DNA of 64,000 nucleotides from a virus (IMGVR_UViG_3300035208_004923:160001-224000); one strand, 5' to 3'; shown: positions 18,483-28,522, counted from the first letter of the stretch. Translations and numbers: made by a program. The notes: generated from the letters alone by a model not told the origin.

Positions 18483-19286
18483 TTAGTAACGGCCGTATGC
18501 AGATTGATTTTCAAAAGAACCTGCTATGAATTCTTTGCCATCAACTTTAACAGTAACAACCGATGACCATCTTTGTGTATCTATTTGAACAAAACCGATA
18601 GAGTTATGAATAGTGTCACTACTAATGCTTGTGTTATTTTTATCAATTTCAATTTTTGATGTAGGTGTAACTTTTACTTTATTTTTCTTAAGTCCGTCTA
18701 GCGTCATTGTTAATACTTTAGTAAAATCTGAACCAGCATAGGCAGAATAACTTGTCTTTCTTGCTACAGCTACTGCTACATTTAATAACGATGCAGCTGC
18801 ATCAGATGTCCATGATTTTAATACATTTATAATATTTGTTAATGCATCTCTCATTGCAGGTAAATCTTTATTTGCTGCTTTAAATTCAGGTTCTATTCTT
18901 TTTATTGCATCTGACAAAGGACCTTGCGATCTTCCGCCTGGCGCAGCATCAGTGTATAAAAATGCAACAAATTCAATAATAGGTGCAGATGCAACACCTG
19001 TTTTTAAATATGTAGTTGCAGATTTAATAACTTCTTTAAATTTTTCAACTGGTGCTTCATCTCCAAAGTATGTATATCGCAATCCTGCTGTTGGCCATCC
19101 TGCTTCATAATGAAACAATGAACATACTGTTCTTATTTCACCTTTTAAATAAGTTTTAAATGTAGTTGTTTTTTCAAGACCGTGACGAGTTGCAAACTCA
19201 AGTCCTGATTCCTCAATTGCTTCATTAATTGCATTCGATTTTTCTATGAATATAAATTCATTCAATGATGGTATTCTATTTTTCAT
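18483..19286 (-). CDS. Hypothetical protein with the leader motif
   Basis: Begins MKNRIPSLNEF...AINEAIEES. Confidence 0.7.
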   Translation of the reverse strand: MKNRIPSLNEFIFIEKSNAINEAIEESGLEFATRHGLEKTTTFKTYLKGEIRTVCSLFHYEAGWPTAGLRYTYFGDEAPVEKFKEVIKSATTYLKTGVASAPIIEFVAFLYTDAAPGGRSQGPLSDAIKRIEPEFKAANKDLPAMRDALTNIINVLKSWTSDAAASLLNVAVAVARKTSYSAYAGSDFTKVLTMTLDGLKKNKVKVTPTSKIEIDKNNTSISSDTIHNSIGFVQIDTQRWSSVVTVKVDGKEFIAGSFENQSAYGRY

Positions 19287-19306
19287 AATATGTTTTTATT
19301 TATTTT

Positions 19307-20467
19307 TTACTTGATTATGTTATGAGGATAATTAAATTCTCTATTTTGGAACTTTAATATTTTTTCGTTACGAATATTGCCACTGCAAATATCTATTGCG
19401 TTCATTATCGTACAATCATTTGACCATGATTCTTCGCCAATCATTAGCGTTTCTATGTATGGAATTAAACTTAAAGAAATTTCTCGTGTTGCTGAATTCC
19501 ATAAATAAGATGGCGAATGGTCAACTGAATAGTATGTTATATTTTTTCCTACTTTAAATGTAGGATCATCGAATGATGTTGGTTTTGCAAAATAAAATCC
19601 CATGTTCTCATCACAACTTATATCAATTATTGATGTAAATTGTTTTAGAGAATTTGCTTGTTTTATATTAGATATAAACATCATTGGGTTGGTGACATCT
19701 TGCAATACGCCATTAACTATGATATCACTACTTCGAAGTTCTTCGATAAGATGTGATATTTTTCCTTCTGTTGAAATAACTGAAAGGTAATCAGTTTCAG
19801 GAAAGTTAATCATTTGGTTATAATATACGTCTGGGTTTTTATCTGCTATTAAATGAACAGGGCGTTTTGTGAATACATGAATGTTATTAAATCCCCGTCC
19901 TTGTAATGCATAAATTGCACCTTTACTGACAGAGCCGTATCCTAAAATAGATACTTTTTTTCTAGGTCCGTACATTCCGTCTAAACCTTGTAATCCTAAA
20001 TAATGAATAACACCTGCATATCCTGCAAGTTCATTGTTTCGATAAAATATGTGCAATGATTTTTCTCCATTATTCCATGTATGCATTTCTTCCCATGCAA
20101 TTAAAGTCAATTTTTTTGCAATTGCAATCTCAGCGATTTCAAATTGTTGAATTGCATGAGACCAACCGCAAAGAATTTGGCCGTCTTTCATTTGTTTTAA
20201 ATCGTCAATTACAGGTTTTGGCAATATGATCATATCACACATTTCAAATAAAGAATCACGAGATACAATATTGTAACCTGCTTTTATAAAATCTTCATCA
20301 GGAATTCCGAAATTTGTTCCGTAATTTTCTTCTAGATAAATTGAAGATATTAAATTATAACTTATCAATGATAATAAGTGTTGCGGATGAATCGGCAATC
20401 GTTTTTCGTTTTCCTTTTTAGATGTTTTAAAAAGGCCAGTCTTTAAATATTTATTTGCCGTATTCAT
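19307..20467 (-). CDS. ceo: N5-(carboxyethyl)ornithine synthase (AlaDH/PNT superfamily)
   Basis: KENEKRLPIHP, AWEEM, FYRNNELAGYAGV, GYGSVSKG Rossmann motif, DISCD and VDHSPS. Confidence 0.85.
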   Translation of the reverse strand: MNTANKYLKTGLFKTSKKENEKRLPIHPQHLLSLISYNLISSIYLEENYGTNFGIPDEDFIKAGYNIVSRDSLFEMCDMIILPKPVIDDLKQMKDGQILCGWSHAIQQFEIAEIAIAKKLTLIAWEEMHTWNNGEKSLHIFYRNNELAGYAGVIHYLGLQGLDGMYGPRKKVSILGYGSVSKGAIYALQGRGFNNIHVFTKRPVHLIADKNPDVYYNQMINFPETDYLSVISTEGKISHLIEELRSSDIIVNGVLQDVTNPMMFISNIKQANSLKQFTSIIDISCDENMGFYFAKPTSFDDPTFKVGKNITYYSVDHSPSYLWNSATREISLSLIPYIETLMIGEESWSNDCTIMNAIDICSGNIRNEKILKFQNREFNYPHNIIK

Positions 20468-21554
20468 CTATGATTGGATATTTTGCTAATATTCCTTCAT
20501 AATCCATTGGCCATTTTGAAGATAATATTTCTTCTTTGTATTCAGGCCAATAAATTGAATGACCTTGTGACATATATTTTCTCCAAAGTTCTTCTTTGAA
20601 CGAATCTGGCAATTCTCTTCGGTAAAAATCTTTATAAACTTCCATGTATACTTCACAAAGTTTTACACTTCCTAATCCTGTTGCACTATTCGTTTCAAGT
20701 ACCCATATTTTACCTTGTTTATCAACAACCACATCCAAAGACCAAAGGCCAAGTTCAATTTCTTTTCGTACTTCACCAGATATTCGATAAATCTCATTCA
20801 TGAAATCATCAGGAATTTTATTCATATCTTGATATGCATATATGAATTTTACCTTTTCATCAACTTTTTTTGTTCGTATTGATTGGTCTTCTTTTATTGT
20901 TGGTACACGTTCATTTATAATAAAACATTTATCATTTAAAAATACGCATCGGTATTCTCTATCAAAATCAATGAATTGAGAATATAAATCAAATGATTTT
21001 TCTTCTCCTCTTAATTCAAATGTTTCAGGCTCTTTTTTAAGATCTGCTGCTGTATCAATTTTTTTTATGCCTAATCCCGAATGTCCTTTTGCTATTTTTG
21101 CGATAACAGGAAATCCCACAGCACCTTCGATTGCTTCTTCTCGTTTAAAAACTGTTTTTGGAAGCCAATCGCAATTTGCAAATATTTTCGAGAATTGTAC
21201 TTTATCGCCTGATTTTAACATTGGTTCAGGAAGATTATACATTCTTTTTGGATTTACATTAAATTTATTAATAAATTGTAAAGATTCCTTTGAATTACCG
21301 CCATAATAAATAACTGGCAGATTTCTAGGTATAATGATATCATCACGTTTTACATCTGTTGCTGTGTAATATGATATGTACAATTGGTCAATTGCTGCTT
21401 TATTGATTGCTGCTTCTCTTTCTGATGTATCTCCTGATAATGCTGCAAGATCTGCTCCTTGTCTGATGAAAATAATTTTCTTGTCGAATTGGTCACTTAA
21501 ACCTAATGTAATGAATTCTTCAAGCGTTTTTAGTTTGCCTAATTGTATTGCCAT
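20451..21554 (-). CDS. ATP-grasp ligase (RimK-like) with the leader motif
   Basis: DK, LPKT, FPVIAK, GHSGLGI, QFID, EYR, SLDVV and VLETNS motifs. Leader KLKTLEEF. Confidence 0.82.
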   Translation of the reverse strand: MAIQLGKLKTLEEFITLGLSDQFDKKIIFIRQGADLAALSGDTSEREAAINKAAIDQLYISYYTATDVKRDDIIIPRNLPVIYYGGNSKESLQFINKFNVNPKRMYNLPEPMLKSGDKVQFSKIFANCDWLPKTVFKREEAIEGAVGFPVIAKIAKGHSGLGIKKIDTAADLKKEPETFELRGEEKSFDLYSQFIDFDREYRCVFLNDKCFIINERVPTIKEDQSIRTKKVDEKVKFIYAYQDMNKIPDDFMNEIYRISGEVRKEIELGLWSLDVVVDKQGKIWVLETNSATGLGSVKLCEVYMEVYKDFYRRELPDSFKEELWRKYMSQGHSIYWPEYKEEILSSKWPMDYEGILAKYPIIDEYGK

Positions 21555-21575
21555 GCTGCTTTTTTGATTATTTTA

Positions 21576-21585
21576 TTATATATTC
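21576..21585 (-). promoter_or_regulatory. Putative late promoter GAATATATAA
   Basis: Exact motif about 22 nt upstream of the ATP-grasp start. Confidence 0.55.
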
Positions 21586-21599
21586 AGAATAATAAAATG

Positions 21600-21630
21600 A
21601 AAAAAGCAGTACTCTCTCGAATACTGCTTT
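21600..21630 (-). terminator. Intrinsic terminator
   Basis: AAAGCAGTA-N10-TACTGCTTT with a minus-strand T-run. Confidence 0.7.
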
Positions 21631-21647
21631 AATATGTTTAATGCTAA

Positions 21648-21908
21648 TTATTTATTTAGCATACCGATGATTGCTCCATAGTCTAAACCATCGTCTGATT
21701 TTTTCTTTAACAAACCTGTGATAACTTCATCAGCTTTTGCTTGGTCATATGAATCGCCATGCATTTTTTTCAATTTTTCTTCAGCCCAAGATTTGAATTC
21801 TTCATCAGAATTAATAGTGCCTTCTAAAATTGCTTGTTCTTCAGCTAATTTATCTGCTTGTAATTGTTCATTTACGAACTCGTCGATTGATAAGATTCTT
21901 CTTTTCAT
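21648..21908 (-). CDS. Small leader-motif protein, paralog of the C-terminus of the adjacent gene
   Basis: MKRRILSIDEFVNE leader and the shared DEEFKSWAEEKLKKMHGD domain. Confidence 0.75.
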   Translation of the reverse strand: MKRRILSIDEFVNEQLQADKLAEEQAILEGTINSDEEFKSWAEEKLKKMHGDSYDQAKADEVITGLLKKKSDDGLDYGAIIGMLNK

Positions 21909-21925
21909 TGTATGATATTTATTTT

Positions 21926-22576
21926 TTATTTATTTAACATTCCAATGATTGAACCGTAGTCTAAATCATCGTCTGATTTTTTCTTTAATAATCCAGTGAT
22001 AGTTTCGTCAGCTTTTGCTTGGTCGTATTTATCACCGTGCATTTTTTTCAATTTTTCTTCAGCCCAAGATTTGAATTCTTCGTCTGTTTTTATATCAGCT
22101 TCAAGAATTGCTGATTCTCTTAAAGATAATGGACCTTTATATTTTTTGATTTGTTTATCTAACTCATCAAGTTCTTTTTGTAAATCTGCTGGTGTTTTTT
22201 GTTTTAATGCTTCTTCTTCAAGAGCTTTTTGCATTGCTTGTAATTTATCAGCAGTTTCTTTTTTCTTTGCAATTGCTGCTAAATATTTATTATCATCAAT
22301 AGTTTCATCTTCCTCATCAATAGTATTAGCTGCATTTTTTGGTCCAACACCTTTAACCCAGCCTTCTTTAATTTTTGCAAAAAATTCACTGCGTTTTGTG
22401 TGATGCAATTGAGACATATGCGAAACACCAAAAGAATCTAAAGTTGAATGCCAATGTTTTTTGTATTGGTCCTTTAGACTTTCTGCTTCTTCTAAAAGTT
22501 CCAATTCAGAAACTTCAGATTCAAACATTTTTTCTTTTTGAACGTATTCGTCAATAGATAATATTTTTCTTTTCAT
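21926..22576 (-). CDS. Leader-motif protein, multi-domain
   Basis: MKRKILSIDEYV leader. The C-terminal ~60 aa are nearly identical to the neighbouring gene. Confidence 0.75.
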   Translation of the reverse strand: MKRKILSIDEYVQKEKMFESEVSELELLEEAESLKDQYKKHWHSTLDSFGVSHMSQLHHTKRSEFFAKIKEGWVKGVGPKNAANTIDEEDETIDDNKYLAAIAKKKETADKLQAMQKALEEEALKQKTPADLQKELDELDKQIKKYKGPLSLRESAILEADIKTDEEFKSWAEEKLKKMHGDKYDQAKADETITGLLKKKSDDDLDYGSIIGMLNK

Positions 22577-22607
22577 ATTATATAAATTTTTATTATATAT
22601 TCACGAA

Positions 22608-22796
22608 TTATTTGCAAATTTGTGATAATGTCGCAACGTATTCGTTAACAGACATATTTACACGTTTTGCTTCGTCAGTTAATACAGATAGCGTTTTTAA
22701 CATGCTTTCTTTTACATCGTTATTGTATTTTTCAAGTATAAAGAATTGTTGATTATCTTCTCTTACTTTTTCAACTACTGCTGATATTTTTTTCAT
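22608..22796 (-). CDS. Small hypothetical protein
   Basis: 62 aa ORF that fills the gap and has an A-rich start context. Confidence 0.55.
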   Translation of the reverse strand: MKKISAVVEKVREDNQQFFILEKYNNDVKESMLKTLSVLTDEAKRVNMSVNEYVATLSQICK

Positions 22797-22817
22797 TGCT
22801 GTTTATTTTATTTTAAT

Positions 22818-23696
22818 TTAATTTTCTCCTGAAGTGTCAGCTACTATTACAGTTTGCCATTTATCTAAACCGAATAAATCTTTAACTTTAAACGTTAAAT
22901 CTTTATCACCTAATTTAACTGCTGTTGTTAAATCTTTTGTTGTAAATGCAATAACTTCTGTATCGCCATTTTTTGGGTGAACATAATATGTAATACCTTT
23001 AAAAATAACTTCATATACATTTTTTTCAATCATATCACCTAATGCAGGTTTGACATCTTCGCCTTCGTTAATTAGTGTATGTTTTGTTATTTTTGTTTCT
23101 TCTTCAACTTTAGGTTTTTCGTTTTTCTTAACAACGTCTGTCATTTTAAAATCGTCAAGTATTTCTAACATGATATGTTTTTCATTAGATATTTTTCCGC
23201 CTCTTACAAGATCCATGAATTTTCTCCATCGTTTCTTAAAATCAGCCAATACTTCTGTATCATCAATTCGATTGCAAACTTCTTTATAAACTTTTGTTAA
23301 TTTATCTTCTTCATCAACATGTTTAGTGTCAATTTTTCTTACAGCATAATCATCAACTACGCCATAAACAAAAACAAATTTTTTCTCTTTGCTTTCTTTA
23401 GCCCAAACAATTACAAAAGTTACATCTTTATCATCTTTGTACTTTTTGATTTGTTCCCAATCGTCAACAGTATCAGCAACAGAAAAATCTTTTGTTACTT
23501 CGCATACTTCGTAACGATTACCATATCTATCCTCTACGATATTGCCTTTTTTCAATTCAGGAAGATTTGTTTTTGGTTTTATTACTTCCTCTTCCTCTAT
23601 ATGCGTGGGTTTTGTTTGCTCTCCTGTTGGCGATTCATTATCAGCCTTCATTTTAGCAACAAATTCATCTATAGAAAGAATTCTTTTGTTATTCAT
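22818..23696 (-). CDS. Hypothetical protein with the leader motif
   Basis: MNNKRILSIDEFV leader and internal E-rich linkers (LINEGE). Confidence 0.7.
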   Translation of the reverse strand: MNNKRILSIDEFVAKMKADNESPTGEQTKPTHIEEEEVIKPKTNLPELKKGNIVEDRYGNRYEVCEVTKDFSVADTVDDWEQIKKYKDDKDVTFVIVWAKESKEKKFVFVYGVVDDYAVRKIDTKHVDEEDKLTKVYKEVCNRIDDTEVLADFKKRWRKFMDLVRGGKISNEKHIMLEILDDFKMTDVVKKNEKPKVEEETKITKHTLINEGEDVKPALGDMIEKNVYEVIFKGITYYVHPKNGDTEVIAFTTKDLTTAVKLGDKDLTFKVKDLFGLDKWQTVIVADTSGEN

Positions 23697-23719
23697 ACAA
23701 GATATTTTATTTTATATAT

Positions 23720-25249
23720 TTAAAATGTAACCTTGTATATTTTATGTGGGAAACCTTGAGCAATATAAGTACGTATTCTTTCTTTACCATGTTTCAACAA
23801 ATAGTTTTCATCGCCTAATGTAAAATCATCAACAAAATCCCAAATTGTTACTCTTTCCTTTTCAGCATGCAATCGCATTCCACGGCCGATTGTTTGTCTA
23901 ATGATTCTATCAGACTTATAACTTTCTAACATGAAAATGTTAAATATGTTATTGATTGAGATACCTGTACTTAATGTACCAAATGAAGCAACAAGAATAA
24001 TGTTGTCGTTATTCTTCATTTTTTCAAAATAGTTTTCTCTAAGATGTATAGCAGTTCCACCATCTACATAATAAACTTCTTTATCAGTATTGTTTCTTAA
24101 CCAATCATAAACTTTACGTCCATAACCGTATTTGATGTCAGAAAATAATACCAATGAATTTCGTGTTGATTTTGCAACAAATCCACAAACGTAATTGAAT
24201 CTTCTTCTGCTTTCAATTACTACTTTCTTTTCGATATTTAATAGTTCTGAACCTTCGAATTCTGAACGACGTTCACGCAAATCTTTTAACTTTTGTCTTA
24301 ATTCGATTTCAAGGTATTTCATTTGAATAACTTTAACAGCAACTTTTGTTGCATATGAATTATCAATTAAGAATTTTGCAGATACGTCATTTACAAACGG
24401 ACCAAGATATGCTTGTAATGTAAAATGGTCTGCACTATCTTCTTCTTTTTTAAGTGTTCCTGATAGACCAAAACTGTATCTCAAATCTTTACATTTTGAA
24501 ATTACAGTTTTAACTGATGCGCTATTTGTGTAATGCGCTTCATCGACACAAACAACGTCAACGCCATCAAACCAATCAGCGTCACGTTTAACCAAAGATT
24601 GAAACGTTCCTATTACACATGCAGCATCAGATTTTCTTTTATCTGTCCCGCCATGTATTGGTTGAATTGTAAATTTAAGTTTTCCATTATTGTATTCTTC
24701 AAAATCTTCCATTGTTTGAATGATTAATGAAGTATTAGGTACAACAATCATGTATCTGCTTGCTTTTTTAGAATCAAGCAAATAAGCAAACATCATGAAT
24801 ATCATTAATGTTTTACCAGCAGACGTTGCAATTTCTGAACTTGAACGTTTAAATTTTAAAATGTTGTAAACTGAACTTATTTGGTAATCTCTAATTTCTT
24901 TAGGACCGCCTTTGCAATGTTTAGGATGATCTTTGAAAAAATCCCATACCCATGCTTCAAATATTTCGGGTGTTAACTCTGGGTCAACAATTGAATCGAA
25001 TCCTTCTATGTCAAGTTCAAATTCAAACTTTTTGCAACATACGTTAAGTTCATTCCATAAACCGATAGGTATTCGATTATATTTATCTATAAATGCGATA
25101 TATCCATCCCATATTTTCTTTTTAACGAGTGGGTGGAATCTCCAATTTTGTATTCTTCTTTTAAATGAAAATCTTATTTGGTCTATTTCTTGTTTCGTAT
25201 ATTCAGTAAGTTGTATAAAGTTTCCATCTTCGGTTACTTGAGCTTTCAT
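23720..25249 (-). CDS. uvsW: SF2 DNA helicase, UvsW-like
   Basis: RDYQ, ATSAGKT, DEAH, GLSGT and QTIGRGMR motifs in a T4-like context. Confidence 0.9.
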   Translation of the reverse strand: MKAQVTEDGNFIQLTEYTKQEIDQIRFSFKRRIQNWRFHPLVKKKIWDGYIAFIDKYNRIPIGLWNELNVCCKKFEFELDIEGFDSIVDPELTPEIFEAWVWDFFKDHPKHCKGGPKEIRDYQISSVYNILKFKRSSSEIATSAGKTLMIFMMFAYLLDSKKASRYMIVVPNTSLIIQTMEDFEEYNNGKLKFTIQPIHGGTDKRKSDAACVIGTFQSLVKRDADWFDGVDVVCVDEAHYTNSASVKTVISKCKDLRYSFGLSGTLKKEEDSADHFTLQAYLGPFVNDVSAKFLIDNSYATKVAVKVIQMKYLEIELRQKLKDLRERRSEFEGSELLNIEKKVVIESRRRFNYVCGFVAKSTRNSLVLFSDIKYGYGRKVYDWLRNNTDKEVYYVDGGTAIHLRENYFEKMKNNDNIILVASFGTLSTGISINNIFNIFMLESYKSDRIIRQTIGRGMRLHAEKERVTIWDFVDDFTLGDENYLLKHGKERIRTYIAQGFPHKIYKVTF

Positions 25250-25268
25250 CAGATTAATTTAGTTTATT

Positions 25269-25481
25269 TTAGTAAAACCGCAATTCTTCGGCTTTGTTTT
25301 GGTATTGAATTTTGCGTAAAAAACGTATAACTTCTTCATAATCTTTTCTATCAACAATTACATGCTCATCATCGACTGATAGCATTCGTTGTGTTGATGG
25401 GTGTGTATGCAGATAATCAAGTCCTATTCGTTTTCCTTCCAAAATATCTTTTTCTTTTGTTGTTTCGTTTTCTGTTGTCAT
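25269..25481 (-). CDS. Hypothetical protein
   Basis: 70 aa ORF tightly packed in the operon. Confidence 0.55.
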   Translation of the reverse strand: MTTENETTKEKDILEGKRIGLDYLHTHPSTQRMLSVDDEHVIVDRKDYEEVIRFLRKIQYQNKAEELRFY

Positions 25482-25485
25482 AATC

Positions 25486-25956
25486 TTAATGTTGTTTTCT
25501 TCTATATTGTTCTAATTCAATTCGCCATTTTATACCGTAATACATATGATCTAGCGAATCAACAGTTCCTCTCATATATGATAAATGCGTTGAAAATGTT
25601 TCAAGTGTTTTCACATGTTTTTCCAAATCAACATCAATAAACATATTTCTAGGTTCTTTGTCTAATCGGTAATCGCTTTCTTGCGTATAGTAAATAAAAC
25701 GTTCTTTTTTTAATTTTTTCAATTTTGCATTAATGCCTGTTATTAATTGCATTAATGTATGCGTGTATTCAAGAGCAACCTGCCGTTGTGATAAAACATC
25801 AACCAACACATCTGATACTTGTCCCATATCATACATACGTTGTGTTAAGCCCGCTATTTTTTCTTGCCATTCACGACGTTCTCTATCAAATCTTGCAGTA
25901 ATTGATTCTTTATCTTTTTCAGAAGAGTTTTCCTGATTTTTGTTTATTTCTTCCAT
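25486..25956 (-). CDS. uvsY: Recombination mediator, UvsY-like
   Basis: Helical 156 aa protein next to uvsW. C-terminal YGIKWRIELE pattern. Confidence 0.6.
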   Translation of the reverse strand: MEEINKNQENSSEKDKESITARFDRERREWQEKIAGLTQRMYDMGQVSDVLVDVLSQRQVALEYTHTLMQLITGINAKLKKLKKERFIYYTQESDYRLDKEPRNMFIDVDLEKHVKTLETFSTHLSYMRGTVDSLDHMYYGIKWRIELEQYRRKQH

Positions 25957-26182
25957 ATGTTATTTCTATTACTTCGACTTTCTTCTTCAATTTAATTTCG
26001 CCTGCCGTGTATTTAATTTCAGGTACTTCTTCTTCTATTTTTTGTGCAACATCAACGCCCATAAGATAATGTCTTGGTTTTAAGTATTCATCAAGTTCAT
26101 TTTCAAAATCTTCTTCTGTATGTTGAGTAACAGGTTCTTGTTTTGTTTTTTTAGTTATCATATGCCAAATTTGTTGAAACAT
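25919..26182 (-). CDS. Hypothetical protein
   Basis: 87 aa ORF within the operon. Confidence 0.5.
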   Translation of the reverse strand: MFQQIWHMITKKTKQEPVTQHTEEDFENELDEYLKPRHYLMGVDVAQKIEEEVPEIKYTAGEIKLKKKVEVIEITYGRNKQKSGKLF

Positions 26183-26194
26183 ATTTTATTTATT

Positions 26195-27289
26195 TTAAAT
26201 ATAGAAAGCATCATATTTGCTATCAGAGAAAAACCCATTTATTGGCAATAGATTTATCTTTGTTGATTTTGCTATAGTTACAACATCAGTGTAATCTAAT
26301 TTGTTTTTGTATATATTTATGCCAATATCAGCTATATATTTCTTCCATAAGAAAACAGATTCGCCTTCTTTGATTTTTTCAAGTGCTTTACTTGTTCCTG
26401 CTGAATCATAATCATACATATAACGTTTGTTTGAAATATCAAATGGGAATTCATTTTCCAAACCGCATGCACTCATTGCATTTCTGATAAGGAATGAATC
26501 CAAAGGTCCCTCGGTTATTGTAATCATTTCAGAAAAATCGGTTGTTGAAATTCCAAATATGAAAGATAACTTTGAAGATTCTTCAAATAATTTATCAGTA
26601 GGAATTGCAATTTCCATTTTCTTATAAATCATTTCCAATGTATGCGTAACATATTTAGGTTCTGTTTTAAAATTTCTAACTTGAAACCCTAATACTTTAC
26701 CTTCTAATGTTAAATTGAATATAAATAGACGTGTTAATTTTTTGTCCCAACCAAATACATTATTATTTGTTTGGTGTCTATCTTTTAAATATTTTCTAAT
26801 CCATCCATTTTCTGGTGCATCAATTTCTGTTAGATTCCAATGTTTAAATATTGCAGCCTTTGGTATTGCATATTTTTCTAAAATTGTGGGATCTATGAAA
26901 TATGAAATATCAACAGATTTTTCTGATGTAACAAATTTTGAAACTGATTCAGAATGGACATTTCTTGCATATATAGTTTCTGACGAATCGAGAGCTTTGC
27001 CAAAGTCAGATAAAAATTTTTCTATTGAAGTGTGTGTTTTGCAATTGTAACAATGAAAGCCATATCCTTTATAGTATATGTTTGCACGTTTTTTAGTTGC
27101 ATCTTTTGATGAGTCTCCGCAATATGGGCAGGCGAAGTTATATCGTTCTTCTCGAGGATATGGTTTTTGTTTTTCGTGTTCGCTATGTCGTTCTCTGAGT
27201 ATTTCATCTACTAGACCTGTTATTTTTTTGCGAAATTGTGTATCGTCGACTTCTTTATTGAAATCTGTAGGTGTTAAGTTAAGTGTCAT
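26195..27289 (-). CDS. DNA primase (T4 gp61-like)
   Basis: Zinc finger CPYCGDS...HCYNC, TOPRIM EGPLD and DYD motifs. Confidence 0.9.
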   Translation of the reverse strand: MTLNLTPTDFNKEVDDTQFRKKITGLVDEILRERHSEHEKQKPYPREERYNFACPYCGDSSKDATKKRANIYYKGYGFHCYNCKTHTSIEKFLSDFGKALDSSETIYARNVHSESVSKFVTSEKSVDISYFIDPTILEKYAIPKAAIFKHWNLTEIDAPENGWIRKYLKDRHQTNNNVFGWDKKLTRLFIFNLTLEGKVLGFQVRNFKTEPKYVTHTLEMIYKKMEIAIPTDKLFEESSKLSFIFGISTTDFSEMITITEGPLDSFLIRNAMSACGLENEFPFDISNKRYMYDYDSAGTSKALEKIKEGESVFLWKKYIADIGINIYKNKLDYTDVVTIAKSTKINLLPINGFFSDSKYDAFYI

Positions 27290-27314
27290 GTTAGAGAATT
27301 TAAGAGTTTATAAG

Positions 27315-27352
27315 AAAAAACGGCCAGAACATTGTGTTGTCTGGCCGTTTTT
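27315..27352 (-). terminator. Intrinsic terminator after the SSB gene
   Basis: AAAAACGGCCAGA-N11-TCTGGCCGTTTTT. Confidence 0.8.
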
Positions 27353-27368
27353 GAATTGTTAGATACGA

Positions 27369-28367
27369 TTATAATTTATCGTATAAATCTTCATCTGCCA
27401 TGTTGTCATCGAAGTTAATATCATCGATATTAAAATCTTCAGTTTCATTTACATCAGGAATTGAAGGAGCAGGAGCAGGAGCAGGTGTTGCTTTAGGAGC
27501 AGCAGGTGCAGCAACAGTTTTTGGTTCACCTATTGAAATGTTTGATTTTCCAGCAGGTGCATTACTTGCAGCTTTTGCATTTCCAGTTTGAAGACCTTCG
27601 ATTATTTTACCTTTAGGTACAGTGTTTTTGATAACTGTGTTAACGAATTCGATTGTTTCTTCGTCCCATTCACGGAAATCATATTTACCTAAATCAGGTG
27701 TGTTTTCTTTCAAGTATTCAACAATTTTTTGTAAATTGGCAGGTGTTTTTTCCATTGATTCACCATTGATTGAGAATGGCAATTTTTCGTCAAGGAAAGT
27801 ACAATTGTCATAATTGTTGTAGCCAGAAATTAACGAGATGCTGATTAAGAAAGGACGACCTTCAAATAAATCGAATGGAATATGTGGTTTTCCAAATTCT
27901 GGTTTAATTTGCGCCATGATTTTGTTGTGAATTTTTATTCCGTATGGGAATACTAAAATTTTCCCAACAAGGTCAGGTTGATTATCATCTTTGATGATTT
28001 GTACTAAAGAAGCAAAAGTTTGACGTCTTGAAAAAGATTTTGCAAGTTCTTGTTCTGCAACTGATTCTGATTTGCGTAATTTCCAATAGATGTCTTGTAG
28101 TAAAGATTTTTTACCTACAGTTGAAGGACAATCAACATATTTACCGTCGCCTGAAATAGGATCCACTAGCCATGCTGTCCATTTTGACATGATTGATTTT
28201 TTTGGGTCTGCGTGCCAAGGTAAGAATCTTACCACTGATTTATACACGTTGTCTTTGCCTGATTTGGCATCTGGTTTGTAGCGTTCGATTTCGCCTTTGC
28301 CTGATTTTGTTGGTTCTGCGAAGTCGCTTGCTCCGAGATTGAAGAGGTCTGAATAGTTTTCTTCCAT
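27369..28367 (-). CDS. Single-stranded DNA-binding protein (T4 gp32-like)
   Basis: VRFLP, CPST, GKI...YGIKI, PFDLFEG and NYD motifs, with an acidic C-terminal tail. Confidence 0.88.
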   Translation of the reverse strand: MEENYSDLFNLGASDFAEPTKSGKGEIERYKPDAKSGKDNVYKSVVRFLPWHADPKKSIMSKWTAWLVDPISGDGKYVDCPSTVGKKSLLQDIYWKLRKSESVAEQELAKSFSRRQTFASLVQIIKDDNQPDLVGKILVFPYGIKIHNKIMAQIKPEFGKPHIPFDLFEGRPFLISISLISGYNNYDNCTFLDEKLPFSINGESMEKTPANLQKIVEYLKENTPDLGKYDFREWDEETIEFVNTVIKNTVPKGKIIEGLQTGNAKAASNAPAGKSNISIGEPKTVAAPAAPKATPAPAPAPSIPDVNETEDFNIDDINFDDNMADEDLYDKL

Positions 28368-28484
28368 TGTCTTAGTTTTTTTTAGTTATAATTTAGATTA
28401 GTTAGTAGAGAACTAACAATGTATTATAAGACAATGAATTTAAAGGAGGGCAATTTTGTTAAGTATTATTTTATTCTCTAATAT

Positions 28485-28510
28485 TTGTATACACAAGAAA
28501 TAAATAGTTT
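28485..28510 (-). promoter_or_regulatory. Bipartite promoter AAACTA-N11-TGTATACAA upstream of the SSB gene
   Basis: Same fixed spacing as the other copies. Confidence 0.6.
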
Positions 28511-28522
28511 CATTTTTTGTGA

